Below are positions 24,651-37,400 of a stretch of 64,000 bases of DNA, piece by piece. The notes beneath the pieces are model-generated. The model did not search any database, had not been told where the DNA came from, and saw only the letters and a program-made list of their open reading frames with translations. Position 1 is the first letter of the stretch. Every line of letters starts with the position of its first letter. Origin of the DNA: Azolla caroliniana (lineage: Eukaryota; Plantae; Polypodiophyta); assembly GCA_043228905.1 (NCBI GenBank), contig JBHGNT010000013.1:14198001-14262000 (forward strand), read 5' to 3'. Both the position numbers and the translations under genes were made by a program.

Positions 24651-26261
24651 GTGTCCTTTGAGGGAGCCCTATTGGAGGCGTACGGGTACACGGAACTGGA
24701 AGGAAGAGGTCGACATGAGTTCGATCGGTGGGTGTGCCGGCAACATGATGCGAGGCGGTCAGCCACAACACGGCCCGCGAGTGGCGGAGAAGAGAGATCG
24801 GTGAGTGGGTACGCACTACCGCCGGAAGAGAGCTCAACGCAAAACGGTTCGGAGGAGCTCGACCTAGAAGCGCTAATACGGGAGGCATGCGAGCTTGTGA
24901 AGGGGAAAATCGAAGCCGAAGAAGGACTTATTATGGAGTCGGGCTGGAGGCGATCGGAGGATGAGGAGGCCGAAAGAGAATGGTACATCGGTACCACGGG
25001 AGAGGGTGCGGAGCGAGCCACCCTCTTGACATGCGGAGAAAGATCGACCGAGGACGAGGTCGGGGATGGTGAGGCGGCAATCGCCGATTCGAGCGGACAT
25101 GAGGGAGTTCGGGCACGGAGGCCCGAAACATCGAGCGGGGAGAAGACGGGCGGTGGTGCCGCGACCTTACGCACACCGAGCCTAGAGACTCCGGCAACCG
25201 GCCCGAGAGTCGGTGTGAGACCTAGAGTGACAGGCGGTGGCGGCGACAAGGCGGGCGACCACGACGGCGACGATGTGGGAGAGGGTGCGGAAAGAGCGAC
25301 TCTCTCGTCTTGCGGCGAATGGACGGCCATGGAGGCCGGTAACTACGGATTCGGGACATGGCGGCCCGAAACATCGAGGGAGGAGGAGACAAGCGGCGGT
25401 GCCGCGACCTTACGCACACCGGGCCTAGAGACTCCGGCAACCGGCCCGAGAGCCGGTGTGAGACATAGAGTGATGGACGGTGGCGGCGGCAAGGCGGGCA
25501 ACCGAGACAACGGTAAGGAGACTGTGGAAGAGGAGGCAGCAAGCATAATTAATGCTTGCATATACGGAGGCGGGGTAGCCACCGACGACGATGTCCGAAT
25601 GGAGGTGGCTACAGGCATAGCATCGATGAGCGGCGGCGTTGCTACCTTACACGCACCGGTTCAAGAGACCCCAGCGGACGGCCCGAGTGCCCGCGTGAGA
25701 CCTAGGGTAATGAACGGTGGCAGCGGCAAGGCGGACGACCACGGCGACAATGTGGGAGAGGGTGCGGAGCGAGCGACCCTCTCGACTGGTGGAAAGAGGA
25801 CGGCCATGGAAGAGGTCGATATCTACGGAGCAATGGACGCCACTTCGAGAGTGGGCGAGAGTTTCGGGACGCGGTTGCCCGAAACGTTTTACGAGGATTT
25901 CGCGAGCATACTCAAGGCTTGCGAAATCGAGGAAGAAGAGGAGACGAGCGGCGGTGCCGCGACCTTCCACACACCGGTCCTAGAGACTCCGGCAACCGGC
26001 CTGAGAGCCGGTGTGAGACCTAGAGAGACGGACGGTGGCGGCGGCAAGGTGGGCAACCGAAATGACGAAGAGGAGGTTTGTAGCGGACGGAGGCGAGATC
26101 CCTCGACACCGGGGCCGGAGACTTCGGCGGTTGTGCCCGAGCGCGGACATAAGAACGGGGAGATGGGCGGTGGCCGTGAGGATGAGAGGCCCGGAGTGGG
26201 CATGTGCGAAAGGACCGAAGGAGAGGTCCGGAGCGGCATCGAGGAGCGAGTCAGGAACTGA
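24651..26261 (+). CDS. 536-codon acidic/Gly-rich repetitive ORF in element G (gag remnant fused to internal repeats; expression unknown)
   Basis: N-terminus SFEGALLEAYG...FDRWV resembles family gag (EFEGRLLEKYG...FMEWV). Peptide repeats TSGGAATLRTP.LETPATGPR.GVRPR (4 times) and GEGAERATL (3 times). Confidence 0.35.
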   Translation: MSFEGALLEAYGYTELEGRGRHEFDRWVCRQHDARRSATTRPASGGEERSVSGYALPPEESSTQNGSEELDLEALIREACELVKGKIEAEEGLIMESGWRRSEDEEAEREWYIGTTGEGAERATLLTCGERSTEDEVGDGEAAIADSSGHEGVRARRPETSSGEKTGGGAATLRTPSLETPATGPRVGVRPRVTGGGGDKAGDHDGDDVGEGAERATLSSCGEWTAMEAGNYGFGTWRPETSREEETSGGAATLRTPGLETPATGPRAGVRHRVMDGGGGKAGNRDNGKETVEEEAASIINACIYGGGVATDDDVRMEVATGIASMSGGVATLHAPVQETPADGPSARVRPRVMNGGSGKADDHGDNVGEGAERATLSTGGKRTAMEEVDIYGAMDATSRVGESFGTRLPETFYEDFASILKACEIEEEEETSGGAATFHTPVLETPATGLRAGVRPRETDGGGGKVGNRNDEEEVCSGRRRDPSTPGPETSAVVPERGHKNGEMGGGREDERPGVGMCERTEGEVRSGIEERVRN

Positions 26262-28121
26262 CCCGACTGAAAGATGAGCCGGTCGGTAATCCGACCCGAC
26301 CGGGAAGCAGAGCGGAAGAAGGGTGAAGCGGGGGCCTGTCAACCGGGCACGAACCGAAGGGAGCCGGCAAGACCGGGATTGTTTGATCGATTCGTAGCCG
26401 GCCGGGTACGGTTACGGTGGGAGCCGGTGAGAGCAAGAAGGAGGCCTAGTGGGCACGGTGATCACGGCTTGCTAGAAGACCGAGAGCGAGAGGGACCTTC
26501 CACACCCATTCTAGAGACTTCGGCGGTTGCGGATCAACGTGAGACCGGAGAGACGGCGGGTGGCGGCGAGGAGTCGGAGGCCGAAGCGGACAAAGTTATC
26601 GGAGCGGGTATCCGGTATGAGATGATGGACAAGCGGGTCCAAGATGGCGAGCTCAGGTCAGAACGGGCTATGGAGACAAAGGAAGAAGTGGCCGACGCGG
26701 AGGTCGGGTCTACGACGGATGAAGGGTGTAACACGAAGCATGCACTACGGTCGGTGAAGGGCCCAAGAACGAGCATGCATCCGAGAGAGCATCAACGAGT
26801 GATCGGAAACGGTGGACCGATTGAGCCTTTGAGAGGTGAGGACTCGGTGGTGAACTGAGAGTGGGAGGAACCCTCCACACCTACCCATGAGGCATCGGCG
26901 GTCGCGGATCGAAAGGGGAACGAAGATGCGGTGGGTGGCGGCGAGGAGTTGGAGACTGACGCGGAGGTCGGGCCTACGGCGGAAGCACGACACGAGACGC
27001 ATGCGATACGGCCAGTGGAGGGCCAAGACACAAGCATGCATACGGCGGATGGGCGACAACGATTGACCGACGATGACGGTCGGGTCAAGCCTCCGAGAGG
27101 CAAGCGCGGGACGAAGGACGGCGCGGCGAAACACCAAGATCGACGACATGGGCCGAGCGCGATCGGCATGAGCGGAGAGTCGTATCTAGGAAAACGGAGG
27201 AGATGCGCGGAGAACAACGGGGTACACACCGGGAAGAGAAAGCGCGGCGGCTTCCCGGAGGGCATACAAGGCCAAGCGGGCCAAGAGGGCGCAAGTCGAG
27301 GCGAGGCGATAACGAGAGCCTCGAGGGACACCGACATGGAGGTCGGGATGACGATACGCTCTACTACGAGAGAGCACGGCGAAAGAGGGGAAAGCGAAAA
27401 ACGCGTGATGGGGTCATCGAAGAAGCGAAGCACGAGCACGCTGTCGTGAAGAAAACCGTCCACAAGCGGAATCGGTGTACCGGACCGTAGGAACCGACTC
27501 TTCATGCACGTGCGCCTTATGTTGTACATAGGAGATCCTAGGTAGATTCGGTAGGTAGGAAGTAAAGGGGAAACGGCTCCTTCCTAGCCTATAAAAGGAG
27601 GGAGACGAGGAGGGGCGAGGGATCGCGGAGAGTCGAGGACGAAGTGCTGTCGGTTTGCGTGCGAAGGCTTCTCTCTCTCTCTCTTTCTGGTTGCAAATGC
27701 CATAGCTTCCTTCTGTGCAGGTTTCGGGAGGCCCGCGCTGCTCTGAGCAATGCCCGAGTGCTTCCGGCAGCACCTCCAACCTACTCATTCCCCTCTGTGC
27801 GTTTACGAACAGGTATCGGCATCTGTTCGCCGGCCTGTTCGGTTGTAACCGACTTCGTGTTATGTTGTCTTCGTGTTCTTGTTGTTTGTCTTGTCAATAC
27901 ATACATACTTTCGTGTCTTTCTGTGTCGCTGTCCCACTCGCGTCTTTGCGTCGAAGGGCCGTGTCCCTGTGAATCTACGCTCGCACGTAGTGGGTCTCTC
28001 TCTCTCTCTCTTACTCTTCGGTACAGGACCCCCGAGGTCCCGCCTCACTCCACGCATCCGCGAGGAATACCTCGACATATTTGGTGAACCCGACGTGAAA
28101 GAGGCGGCAGAAGAGCAGAAG

Positions 28122-31100
28122 ATGAGGGGGTCGGATCTTGCAGAGGCCATGGCTTCGGCCGTGGATTGGATATTGAGCACACGCGAGGGCACCGGTGCCC
28201 TCGACAGAGCCATTGAGGGGGTCGTCGGTACGATCGGCCGTTTCAACGGAAAGGATGCTACGAAGTATTTGGCGTCCTACGGGGTGGAAATGCTGATGCG
28301 GGACATTCCGGAAGAGAGGCGTCTTGCCGGGTTCCCTCGAGTGGCGATGCCGAGCATCCATGCGGAGGTGCTCGAGGTACGGGCGGAGAGCCGTACCTGG
28401 GAGGAGTTCGAAGGCCGACTCCTAGAGAAATATGGGCTGGACGACGCGCTCCGGCTTTCGAAACGGGACTTCATGGAATGGGTGGAGTCCCTCGGCAAAG
28501 GAAGAAACGCGTCGGCACTCCTCCGGGAGTTCGAAGAACGCTTTGCGCGCCTTTCGGCGCTTGACCGAACCATTCTGGATACGAGCCGGGTCCTACTGTT
28601 CGTCAAGTCGGTGGACGAGCGGGACCGGGATCAAGTCGGCTCCCTGCTGGAAACTGAAGATGGGCTGGGCTGCGGTTAAGAGAGTCTGTGGCCGTTTCGA
28701 CAAACGGCGAGAATGGGCTGACAACGGGGCGGCCGGTGCGGGCTCTGTTACAGCAAGGAGGCTTGAACCGGCACCGCAAGTGCGAAGGGAAGAAACCCGG
28801 GAATGGCTCGAAACCGGTTCGGCTTCGACCAGCATGGTCAATGGCTCATCCGGAGGAGCAGCGCTAGAGGAGTTGACGCGGGCGATAAAGGATCTCCAGA
28901 TCGCCCAGACTCGAAGGGAAGGCGGCGAACCGGCTCGTGACCGACAGCCGGCAGCGGGGAACAAGTGCATGTGGTGCAACGAGGTCGGCCACATTCGGAA
29001 GGACTGTGGCGATTTCGCAGAGGCGTTGAGAAACCGGGTGGTATACCTGTGGGAAGGCCGGGTGCACGCTGGCGACACCAGGAGGGCCCTGAGCCGAAAC
29101 GACGGGCGAGGAGGTATGAAGAGACTGATGGAAGAGGCAGCGGCCTGACACGTGGAGGCCATCCACTACTCAGCGTCAGCTGGTATTCGGGTCGGGGGCA
29201 GCGAGGCCCGAAAGGAGAGTAAAGACGGTTTCTGGTCGGCAATGCTGGAAGGCCTCGCCGGCGCGCGATTGAGGAAAGATGAAACGGACCGCGCTGAGAG
29301 ACGGGTCCGGGAAATAACCGGGTGGAGCGATCCGGTCGAGGAGAAGATGGGCTTCGTAGAAGCCGCTTGCCGGAACTACGAGGCTCTGGTAGAAGAAAAA
29401 CGAGTGGGGAAAGCCGGAGCGGCCAGGCCCTCACAACGGTACGAGACCCGATTCGGGCAACGACGGAACGATTCCGGTGGGCCCGGCCCGCAAGATAACC
29501 CCAGGAAGGGCGGGTACCGACTGGGGACAGAAATAGAAAGGACTACGGACCTACGAAAGGTCCTAGAAGAACGGATCCTCGACAGCAAAGTGGAGCTGTC
29601 ATTACGGGAGGTGCTAGGGATCGCCAAGAAGGAGTTCCACGACTCCATTGTAGACATGGTGAAACGGAAGAGACTGTCGACGGAGACGGAACCGGAAAGA
29701 CTGGTGGAGGTGCGGACGACGCACATCGACGACTCGGCGCTGGAAGATGAGTGGGCGGAGAGCCACTATTCGAGGCCGCACTGGGCCCGAGCGACCACGG
29801 AGACCCGGGTAAAAATCGGAGGTGTTCAGGAACCGGTGGTGGCGTTGGTGGACCACGGTTCGGAAATAAACCTAATGTCCATGGACTTCTATAAGAAGGG
29901 AAAGTGGCCGATCAACACCAGGCACGGGTGGAAGATACGGGCGGCGACGCGCCCCACCGAGGAACTGCACGGGGCCTGCCCGAATGTGCGAGTAAAGATC
30001 GACGACGTCGAGATTGACCAGCACTTCTTTGTACAGTAGACGTCCTCGCATCCGGTCATATTAGGGGAACCATACATCACGGCGGCGAGAATGGAGACCA
30101 AGGTGCTGGACAACGGTTCGGCCTACACGAGGGTCAAAAGCCAGGACGGGCGCCATTCGGTGCAATTTTTGACGGTGCGGCCGAACCACGAGAGAAACCG
30201 CGAATCCCTCGGTGGCGAGAGCCGGGAGGATTTTTAGAGAGGGCTGCCAAGGCGTGGGGCCGAGACAGCCCGGACACTCGGAAACGACCCCACGACTATA
30301 CGATAGGTAGGGGATTTTGCTGTATGATAGTCGGCACCGTCGGCCGAGAAAAGACAAGGGCGGAAGTGCGACTTCGAGCGTGCGGAGTTCTCGGCCCGGA
30401 CGAGGAAATCAGCGGAGCCGTGGAGGCGGTCTCCTTCGATGACACCTTGGGAATGCTGAGGAAGGTAGCCGGAGAAGACCTTAACGAAGACCGGACGATA
30501 CTGGTATGTTCCGAAGAGATGTACGAAGTCATCGCGAACTTCAGTCGGGGGCTCGGGTCGGATCGGACGGCCCGAGTTAGCACAAAGTACAAGGCTGTGG
30601 ACCGGAAGGTAAGGCCAGTCGCGGCACCCTTACCGGAGGGCAGCGAGTCCCGGATCAGAGGGGTTGCGTCGGACCCCAGTTTACGAGATCCGGCCTGCAT
30701 AGGACACACCTTCACCGACGGAACACTCCGGGAGCTCAAAATCGGTGGGGGCGGGTTCCTACTGCCGGCGGAGGAAGACCGGTTTCGGAGAATGCTCGGA
30801 AGGCACGGGAAAGCCTTTGCATTCTCACCGGAAGAGATCGGGTGCGTAGACCCGACGATCGTGGAGCCGATGGTGATATTCACGGTACCGCATGTACCGT
30901 GGAATCTCAAGCCGATTCCAGTACCGAGAGCTCACATCCCGAAGTTGATGGAGCTATTGAGGCAGAAAGTCGATATGGGTATTCTCAAACCGTCGAGCGC
31001 GCCATACTCGAACCGATGGTTTACCGTACCAAAGAAAAACGGAACATTGCGCTTCATTTAGGACCTGCAGCCGGTCAACAGAGTGACCATCTGGAACGCA

Positions 31101-33683
31101 GGAATCAGACCGACCATAGACGAGTTCGCGGAGGCCTTCGCCGGAAGGTCGATTTACTCGGTCGGTGATCTGTACTTGGGGTATGACCAGTTCCAGCTAG
31201 CCGTGGAGAGCAGAGACATTACGACGATGCGAACTCCCCTCGGCCTAGTGCGAATGTGTACCCTGCCACAAGGAGGGACCAACTCGGTGGCCCACATGGT
31301 GAATGCAATGAACAAAGTACTGAGGGATTGCATCCCAGACATCACCATGCCGTTTTTGGACGACATCCCCATAAAGGGGTGCCCGGTGGAAGAGAAGGAC
31401 GAGACACTCGGGCCGGACGGATGCCGGCGATTCGTAGCAACACACATCGACGACTGTGAGAAGGTGCTACAAAGGCTAGAGGATGCGAGGCACACCTTCT
31501 CCGGGGAGAAATCGGCCTTCGGGCAATCAGAAATCCTGGTGGTCGGGCATCTATGTGGACCATATGGCCGGAAGCCGTCTCCGGCAAAGGTAGAAGCCAT
31601 CTCCTCGATGAAGACCGACTGTAGCTCGGTTACAGAAGTTCGGAGGTTCCTGGGGGCATGCGCGTTCTACCACATATGGATCCCGCATTACGCCCACGTT
31701 GCGGAGCCACTATACGGGTTGCTGAAGAAGGGGCAAAGATTCGAGTGGCGAGACGAGCACACGGGGTCGGTCTGGAAGCTGAAGGAAGCTCTTACGGCAG
31801 CACCGGCGCTCCGGAAGGCTGTCTACGAGAAGGGTACCCCGGTATACATAACGGTGGATACGAGCCCGACCGGGATCGGATGGGTCGTCAACCAAGAAGA
31901 CGAGAACGGCACCCGGTTCCCGATCCGATTCGGCGCTAAGGTCCTCAGTGAGCGACAGCGAGGGTACGCCCAGGTTAAACGCGAACTCTGGGGTATCGTT
32001 TCGGCGGTAAAGGCGGACAAAGACTACCTGATCGGGACAGAAGTGATTATCGAGACGGATTGCCTGCCGATTCTCGGCATGGTTTCCGGATGTGTGACAC
32101 CGGACCTGGCGATGCTCAGGTGGATAGCGTACATCAAGTCCCTGGACCCGGAGATACGACACATTTCCGGAAAGGACAACGCCATGGCCGACATGCTTTT
32201 GAGGGCGAGGTTTGATGACGAGGGCGGCATGGTTTCGGAGGACGAAGAAGTCGGCGTGGACTTCTTCGAGGCGGCGTACGTGATGACCGATGGGACGAGC
32301 ACTCCGACACTTAACGACTTCGACGAGAGCAAGTACGACGGCGAGTGGCTCCAGATCGGTGGATTCTTGAGGACAATGACGCCGGATGCGTCATGGACGA
32401 AGGACGAGGCCAACCGGATCCGGAAGAAAGCTTACCGATTCTTTCTCCGGGACGGATACTTATGGAAGCACCCGAAGAAGAGGGACGGCGCTCCGCTCCG
32501 GGTGGTGGCGATGAAGGAAGAACAAGAGGAACTGCTGACGGCCTACCACGACAGCCCTTGGGCCGGACACCGTGGAACCTGGGCCACGTTCGAGAAGATA
32601 AAGGGGGAGTACTGGTGGCCGGGACTGTACCGGGACGTGCATCGATTCGTGAAAACTTGCGAGAGCTGTCAGATGCACTCCATAGTCCGACACCGGGACG
32701 AACTTCACCCTACGTACCCTCCGACCATCCACTTCAAATGGATGGTAGACCTGGTAACGATGCCGATAGGAGTAGGACAGATGCGGTATCTGGTCCTGGC
32801 TCGGGAAGATCTAATGAACCAGGTGGAAGGCCGGGCCCTTCAGAACAAAACGACTGCGGCCGTATGTCGGTTCCTGCTCGAGGACGTAATATGCCGGTAC
32901 AGGTGCGTCGGGAAGATCGTGGCCGATCGCGGGGAGTTGGATGCCGAAGAGGCCGAGGAGCTGTTCGACCGGTTAGGGGTCAAGCTCTCGCTTACCACTG
33001 CGTACAATCCAGAGGCAAATGGGAAGGTGGAGCGCGGACACGGACCGATCGTCAAGGCGTTAGTTCGGGCATGCGGAGGTCAAGTCGGGAACTGGCCGCG
33101 GCTACTGCCTTACGCGTTGTGGGCTGACCGGACTACGCACAGTTCGGTAACCGGATTCATGCCGGCAGAGCTCATGTTTGGGCAGAAGCCGATCATGCCG
33201 ATCGAACGTACGGTCTCCTCATGGGCAACCGTGGACTGGAGAGACGAGATGAGCCGGGAGGAACTGTTGACGGCGCGCATACGACAACTCGAGCGGAGAC
33301 CGGAGGACGTGGAGCAGGCTGCGGAAAAGCTTCGGGTGGCCAGGACGAGGAACAAAGCCCGGTTCGACCGGACGCACCGGCTCCGACCGAAGAAGATCGA
33401 GGAAGGCGACTAGGTGCTAGTCTACGACAGCAGCCTCGACAACCAGCACCGAGCGACACGGAAGTTCGCAAGAAGGTGGTTCGGGCCTTACATGGTACAA
33501 AGCGCCAACGACAACGGGACGTACCATCTGGCGGAACTCGACGGTACGAGAATGGCGATACCGGTAGCTGGGAAGCGGATCAAGACGTTCAAGAAGCGTC
33601 ACGACGACGAGCCGGATCCGGTTGACTTGGACCGCGACGACGAGCGATCCGAAACCGAGGAAGAACCGACGGGCGGAGGATGA
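28122..33683 (+). pseudogene. gag-PR / RT-RH-INT of element F with several nonsense and frameshift lesions
   Basis: CCHC CMWCNEVGHIRKDC; PR ALVDHGSEIN; RT MPFLDDIPIKG; RH TVDTSPTGIG; INT HRGT...CESCQ, WMVDL, ADRGE, GKVE, RWFGPY. Stops at about 29146, 30037, 31059 and 33411. Confidence 0.9.
30228..30294 (+). promoter_or_regulatory. Putative -1 programmed ribosomal frameshift signal (slippery G GAT TTT plus pseudoknot) of element F
   Basis: GGATTTT immediately followed by the ORF1 stop TAG; stem1 GGGCTG/CAGCCC; loop CGTGGGG complementary to downstream CCCCACG. Equivalent signals occur in H, A, B, C, D and E. Confidence 0.72.
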
Positions 33684-34448
33684 AGGCTGGACCGGTTTTC
33701 TCCGTCCCAACACAATTTGGCGCATGCCGGTGGATGCGCGGTTAGGTGGGGGCGGATGTCGTGAAGAAAACCGTCCACAAGCGGAATCGGTGTACCAGAG
33801 CGTAGGAACTGACTCTTCATGCACGTGCGCCTTATGTTGTACATAGGAGATCCTAGGTAGATTCGGTAGGTAGGAAGTAAAGGGGAAACGATTCCTTCCT
33901 AGCCTATAAAAGGAGGGAGACGAGGAGGGGCGAGGGATCGCGGAGAGTCGAGGACGAAGTGCTGTCGGTTTGCGTGCGAAGGCTTCTCTCTCTCTCTCTT
34001 TCTGGTTGCAAACGCCATAGCTTCCTTCTGTGCAGGTTTCGGGAGGCCCGCGCTGCTATGAGGAATGCCCGAGTGCTTCCGGCAACACCTCCAACCTACT
34101 CATTCCCCTCTGTGCGTTTACGAACAGGTATCGGCATCTGTTCGCCGGCCTGTTCGGTTGTAACCGACTTCGTGTTATGTTGTCTTCGTGTTCTTGTTGT
34201 TTGTCTTGTCAATACATACATACTTTCGTGTCTTTCTGTGTCGCTGTCCCACTCGCGTCTTTGCGTCGAAGGGCCGTGTCCCTGTGAATCTACGCTCGCA
34301 CGTAGTGGGTCTCTCTCTCTCTCTCTTACTCTTCGGTACAGGACCCCCGAGGTCCCGCCTCACTCCACGCATCCGCGAGGAATACCTCGACAGCGCATTC
34401 GGAGGGCAACGTTGACATACGGGGAAAGCCTACGGAAGGCAAGCGTGG

Positions 34449-37400
34449 TGTTGGAGACAAAGTCGTCAGTGCGGAAGATCAAGGAGCATTCGAGTGCTGC
34501 TGAATACCTGCGTATGACTGTTTCTATGTCGTTGCACAGAGAGAGAGTGAGAGAGAGAGAGAGGGACACAAAAGAGTTTCTTATTCCACAAAGTAATAAT
34601 ACAACATCCAACCTTACAAAAAGGTTACAAGGTCACTATATATAGTGACCGACTTAGGGAAACTACCCTTTATGCTAATTACATAAATGGCCAAAACGGG
34701 ATAGTGTGAATACGTCCATTATACACATGTATTCGACACTCCCCCGTAATGGGCGTATACATGGGTTATCTAAGATTACAGGTATAGACTTAGGTTCTCG
34801 GACATATCAGCTTTGTTCGAGTCGGCAGGGTCCGAAGGCAGAAGACCGAACTGGTCGGGTCGGAACAGTTGAAGCCGATCATTAAGGAACTGATGTCGGT
34901 TGTCGGAAACCGTCCTGCGCTGTGTCCGGCTCTAACCGGACTGGTTTGTCGTTACGCCCATCTGATGCCGAAGAGACCGAAAGTGGTCTGCCGAGAGACA
35001 CTTGGTCATTCCATCTGCGACATTGTCGGTTGTGGATATTTTCTCTAGACCGATTTTCCCTGAGATGACGCAGTCCCGAACGAAGTGATATCGAACGTCG
35101 ATATGTTTGGAGGCGTTGTGGTGAACCGGATTTTTTGACCAGGCAACAGCACCTTGACTGTCGCTGTAGACAACTGGGGCCGAGTCATGGTCGACTTGTC
35201 GAAACGTGTGCGCCAGCCGACCGAGCCACAAAGCTTCTTTTGCTGCGTCGGACGCAGCTATATATTCTGCTTCGGTCGTTGAGGTCGCTGTGCACTCCTG
35301 AAGTTTCGACTTCCACGAGATTGCTCCATTGCCGAATTTGAAGCAGTATCCGGTTGTTGATTTCCGACTGTCTATACAGCCGGCGAAGTCCGAGTCGGTG
35401 TAACCGACTACGCCTGAGGTTCGGTTCGGACCGAAAAGAATGCCGTGGTCTTTTGTGCCAGCCAGATATCTGAACACATGCTTGACTGCGTTCCAATGCG
35501 ATCGGCCAGGATTGTGCATAAATCTGCTAACGACTCCTACGGCGTGAGAAATATCAGGCCGTGTCGCGACCATCAGGTACATAAGGGAGCCGACTGCCGG
35601 TGCATACGGTACCGACTTCATATCTTCCCCGTCCGGACCGGATGTCGGGCAGTCTCGCTGAGAGAGCCGAAGATTCATAGGGAGCGGGGTTGAAGCAGAT
35701 TTGGCTGATTGCATGTTGAAGCGTTCTAAGACACGTCCGATATAGTCGGTCTGAGACAAAAAAAGATGTCGTTTATCGCGATGCCGACTAATTTTCATGC
35801 CAAGGATGTGTCGTGCCGGACCGAGGTCCTTCATGGCAAACTTCAACCGCAGTTGCCGAATGAGATCGGCAAGTTCGCCCACGTGGCGTCCAGAAATTAG
35901 CATGTCGTCCACGTAAATGATGAGGAAGATGGGTGATCCATCTTGAGCTGTGTTGGTAAAGAGACAATGGTCCTCATCGCTTTTTGAGAAGCCGATCGAT
36001 TGGATGAAGTCGTCGAACTTCTTGTACCATTGTCGTGGTGCCTGTTTGAGGCCGTATAGACTCTTCCTGAGTCGGCAGACTAGATGTTCTTGGCCGGTTG
36101 CCACGAAGCCTTTTGGCTGCTCCATATAAATTTCCTCGTCAAGATCACCATGGAGGAATGCTGTTTTGACATCTAGCTGAATCAGCTCCAAGTTGTCGGC
36201 TGCCACTACGCCGAGTAGAAAACGAAGGGTTGTCATTTTCACCACTGGTGAAAAAATCTCGTCGAAGTCGACGCCATATTCTTGTCGGAAGCCCTTCGCA
36301 ACTAATCTGGCCTTGTACTTTGGGGTGGTCGAATCAGACGTCTCTTTTAGTCGATAAACCCACTTGCAAGGAAGAGCACGTCGGTTCCTAGGTAATTCGA
36401 CCAGATCCCAAGTCTTGTTTGCCCGAATGGAGTGCATTTCCGACTCCATCGCCAGATGCCAGGTGGCGGAATCGACAGATGTCGATGCTTCTTCGTAAGA
36501 CGTCGGTTCGCCGACGTCGGTGAAGAAAATTCCAGGAGAATACCTCTCCGGAGGTTGCGACAGTCTCTCGGATCGGCGAGGTAAGATTGGACTGGTCGCA
36601 TCGGGTATCAAGGCCGGATGGTCCGAAAGCGGATTGTTCTGCTGTGCCGAGTCGGGGTTGTCCGAGTCGGTAGTGTAAGGTTCAGCTACCCGTGAAGCTG
36701 ACCGTGTGTTGAGAGCAGGGCCTTCTTGAAGGGTCGGCACATCGGAAAATGTTACCCTTCGGACTTCGATCGGTTTTTCGACTGATGGATTCATAGCCGA
36801 CTCGTTGAACACAACGTCCGAACTTCGAACGATTTGTCTGCGTTCGGGGTCCCAGAGTCAGTATCCCATTTCGCCGTCGGATCCATATCCGAGGAAAATG
36901 CATTTCCTGGACCGAGGTGCAAGTTTTCGGCGATCATCTTTCGGAATGAGGGCGTACGCCTCGCATCCGAAGATCCTCAGCTTGTCGTAATTCGGCTTAC
37001 TGCCGATCCATAGTTCCTGAGGAATTTGAAGTCCTAGAGGTCTACTTGGCGACATATTGATTATGTGTACTGCCGTGAGTAGAGCCTCTGCCCAGAAGCC
37101 ATCCGACAGTCCGGAGTGTTGGAGCATGGAAACTGTCCGTTCTTGGATTGTCCGATTCATTCGTTCTGCAATCCCGTTTTGCTCCGGACTGTGTGGTGCC
37201 GTAAGTTCACGTCGGATGCCGCGTTGTCGGCAGAATTTGACGAATTCTTCGGATTTAAACTCTCCCCCGTTGTCGGTTCGAAAGCATTTCAGCTTTCGGT
37301 CGGTTTGATTTTCCACCATAGCGAGCCAATCGGTGATGATCGAGAAGACACGATCTTTGGTGCGAATTGGATAAGCCCACACCTTTCGAGTCGAATCGTC

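Larger units (their letters stand above)
27442..34392 (+). mobile_element. Ty3/Gypsy-type element F (full-length, GC-rich)
   Basis: 636-bp LTRs at 27442-28077 and 33757-34392; PBS TGGTGAACCCGACGTGAA at 28082-28099; PPT at about 33745-33756; flanks ACGC / GCGC. Confidence 0.93.

Noticed and set aside
27873-28121. Upstream in-frame extension of gag through the LTR and PBS; also chimeric ORFs 44419-45417, 52073-53014 and 59939-60655
   Set aside because: They read across LTR or insertion junctions by chance and are not conserved between families.
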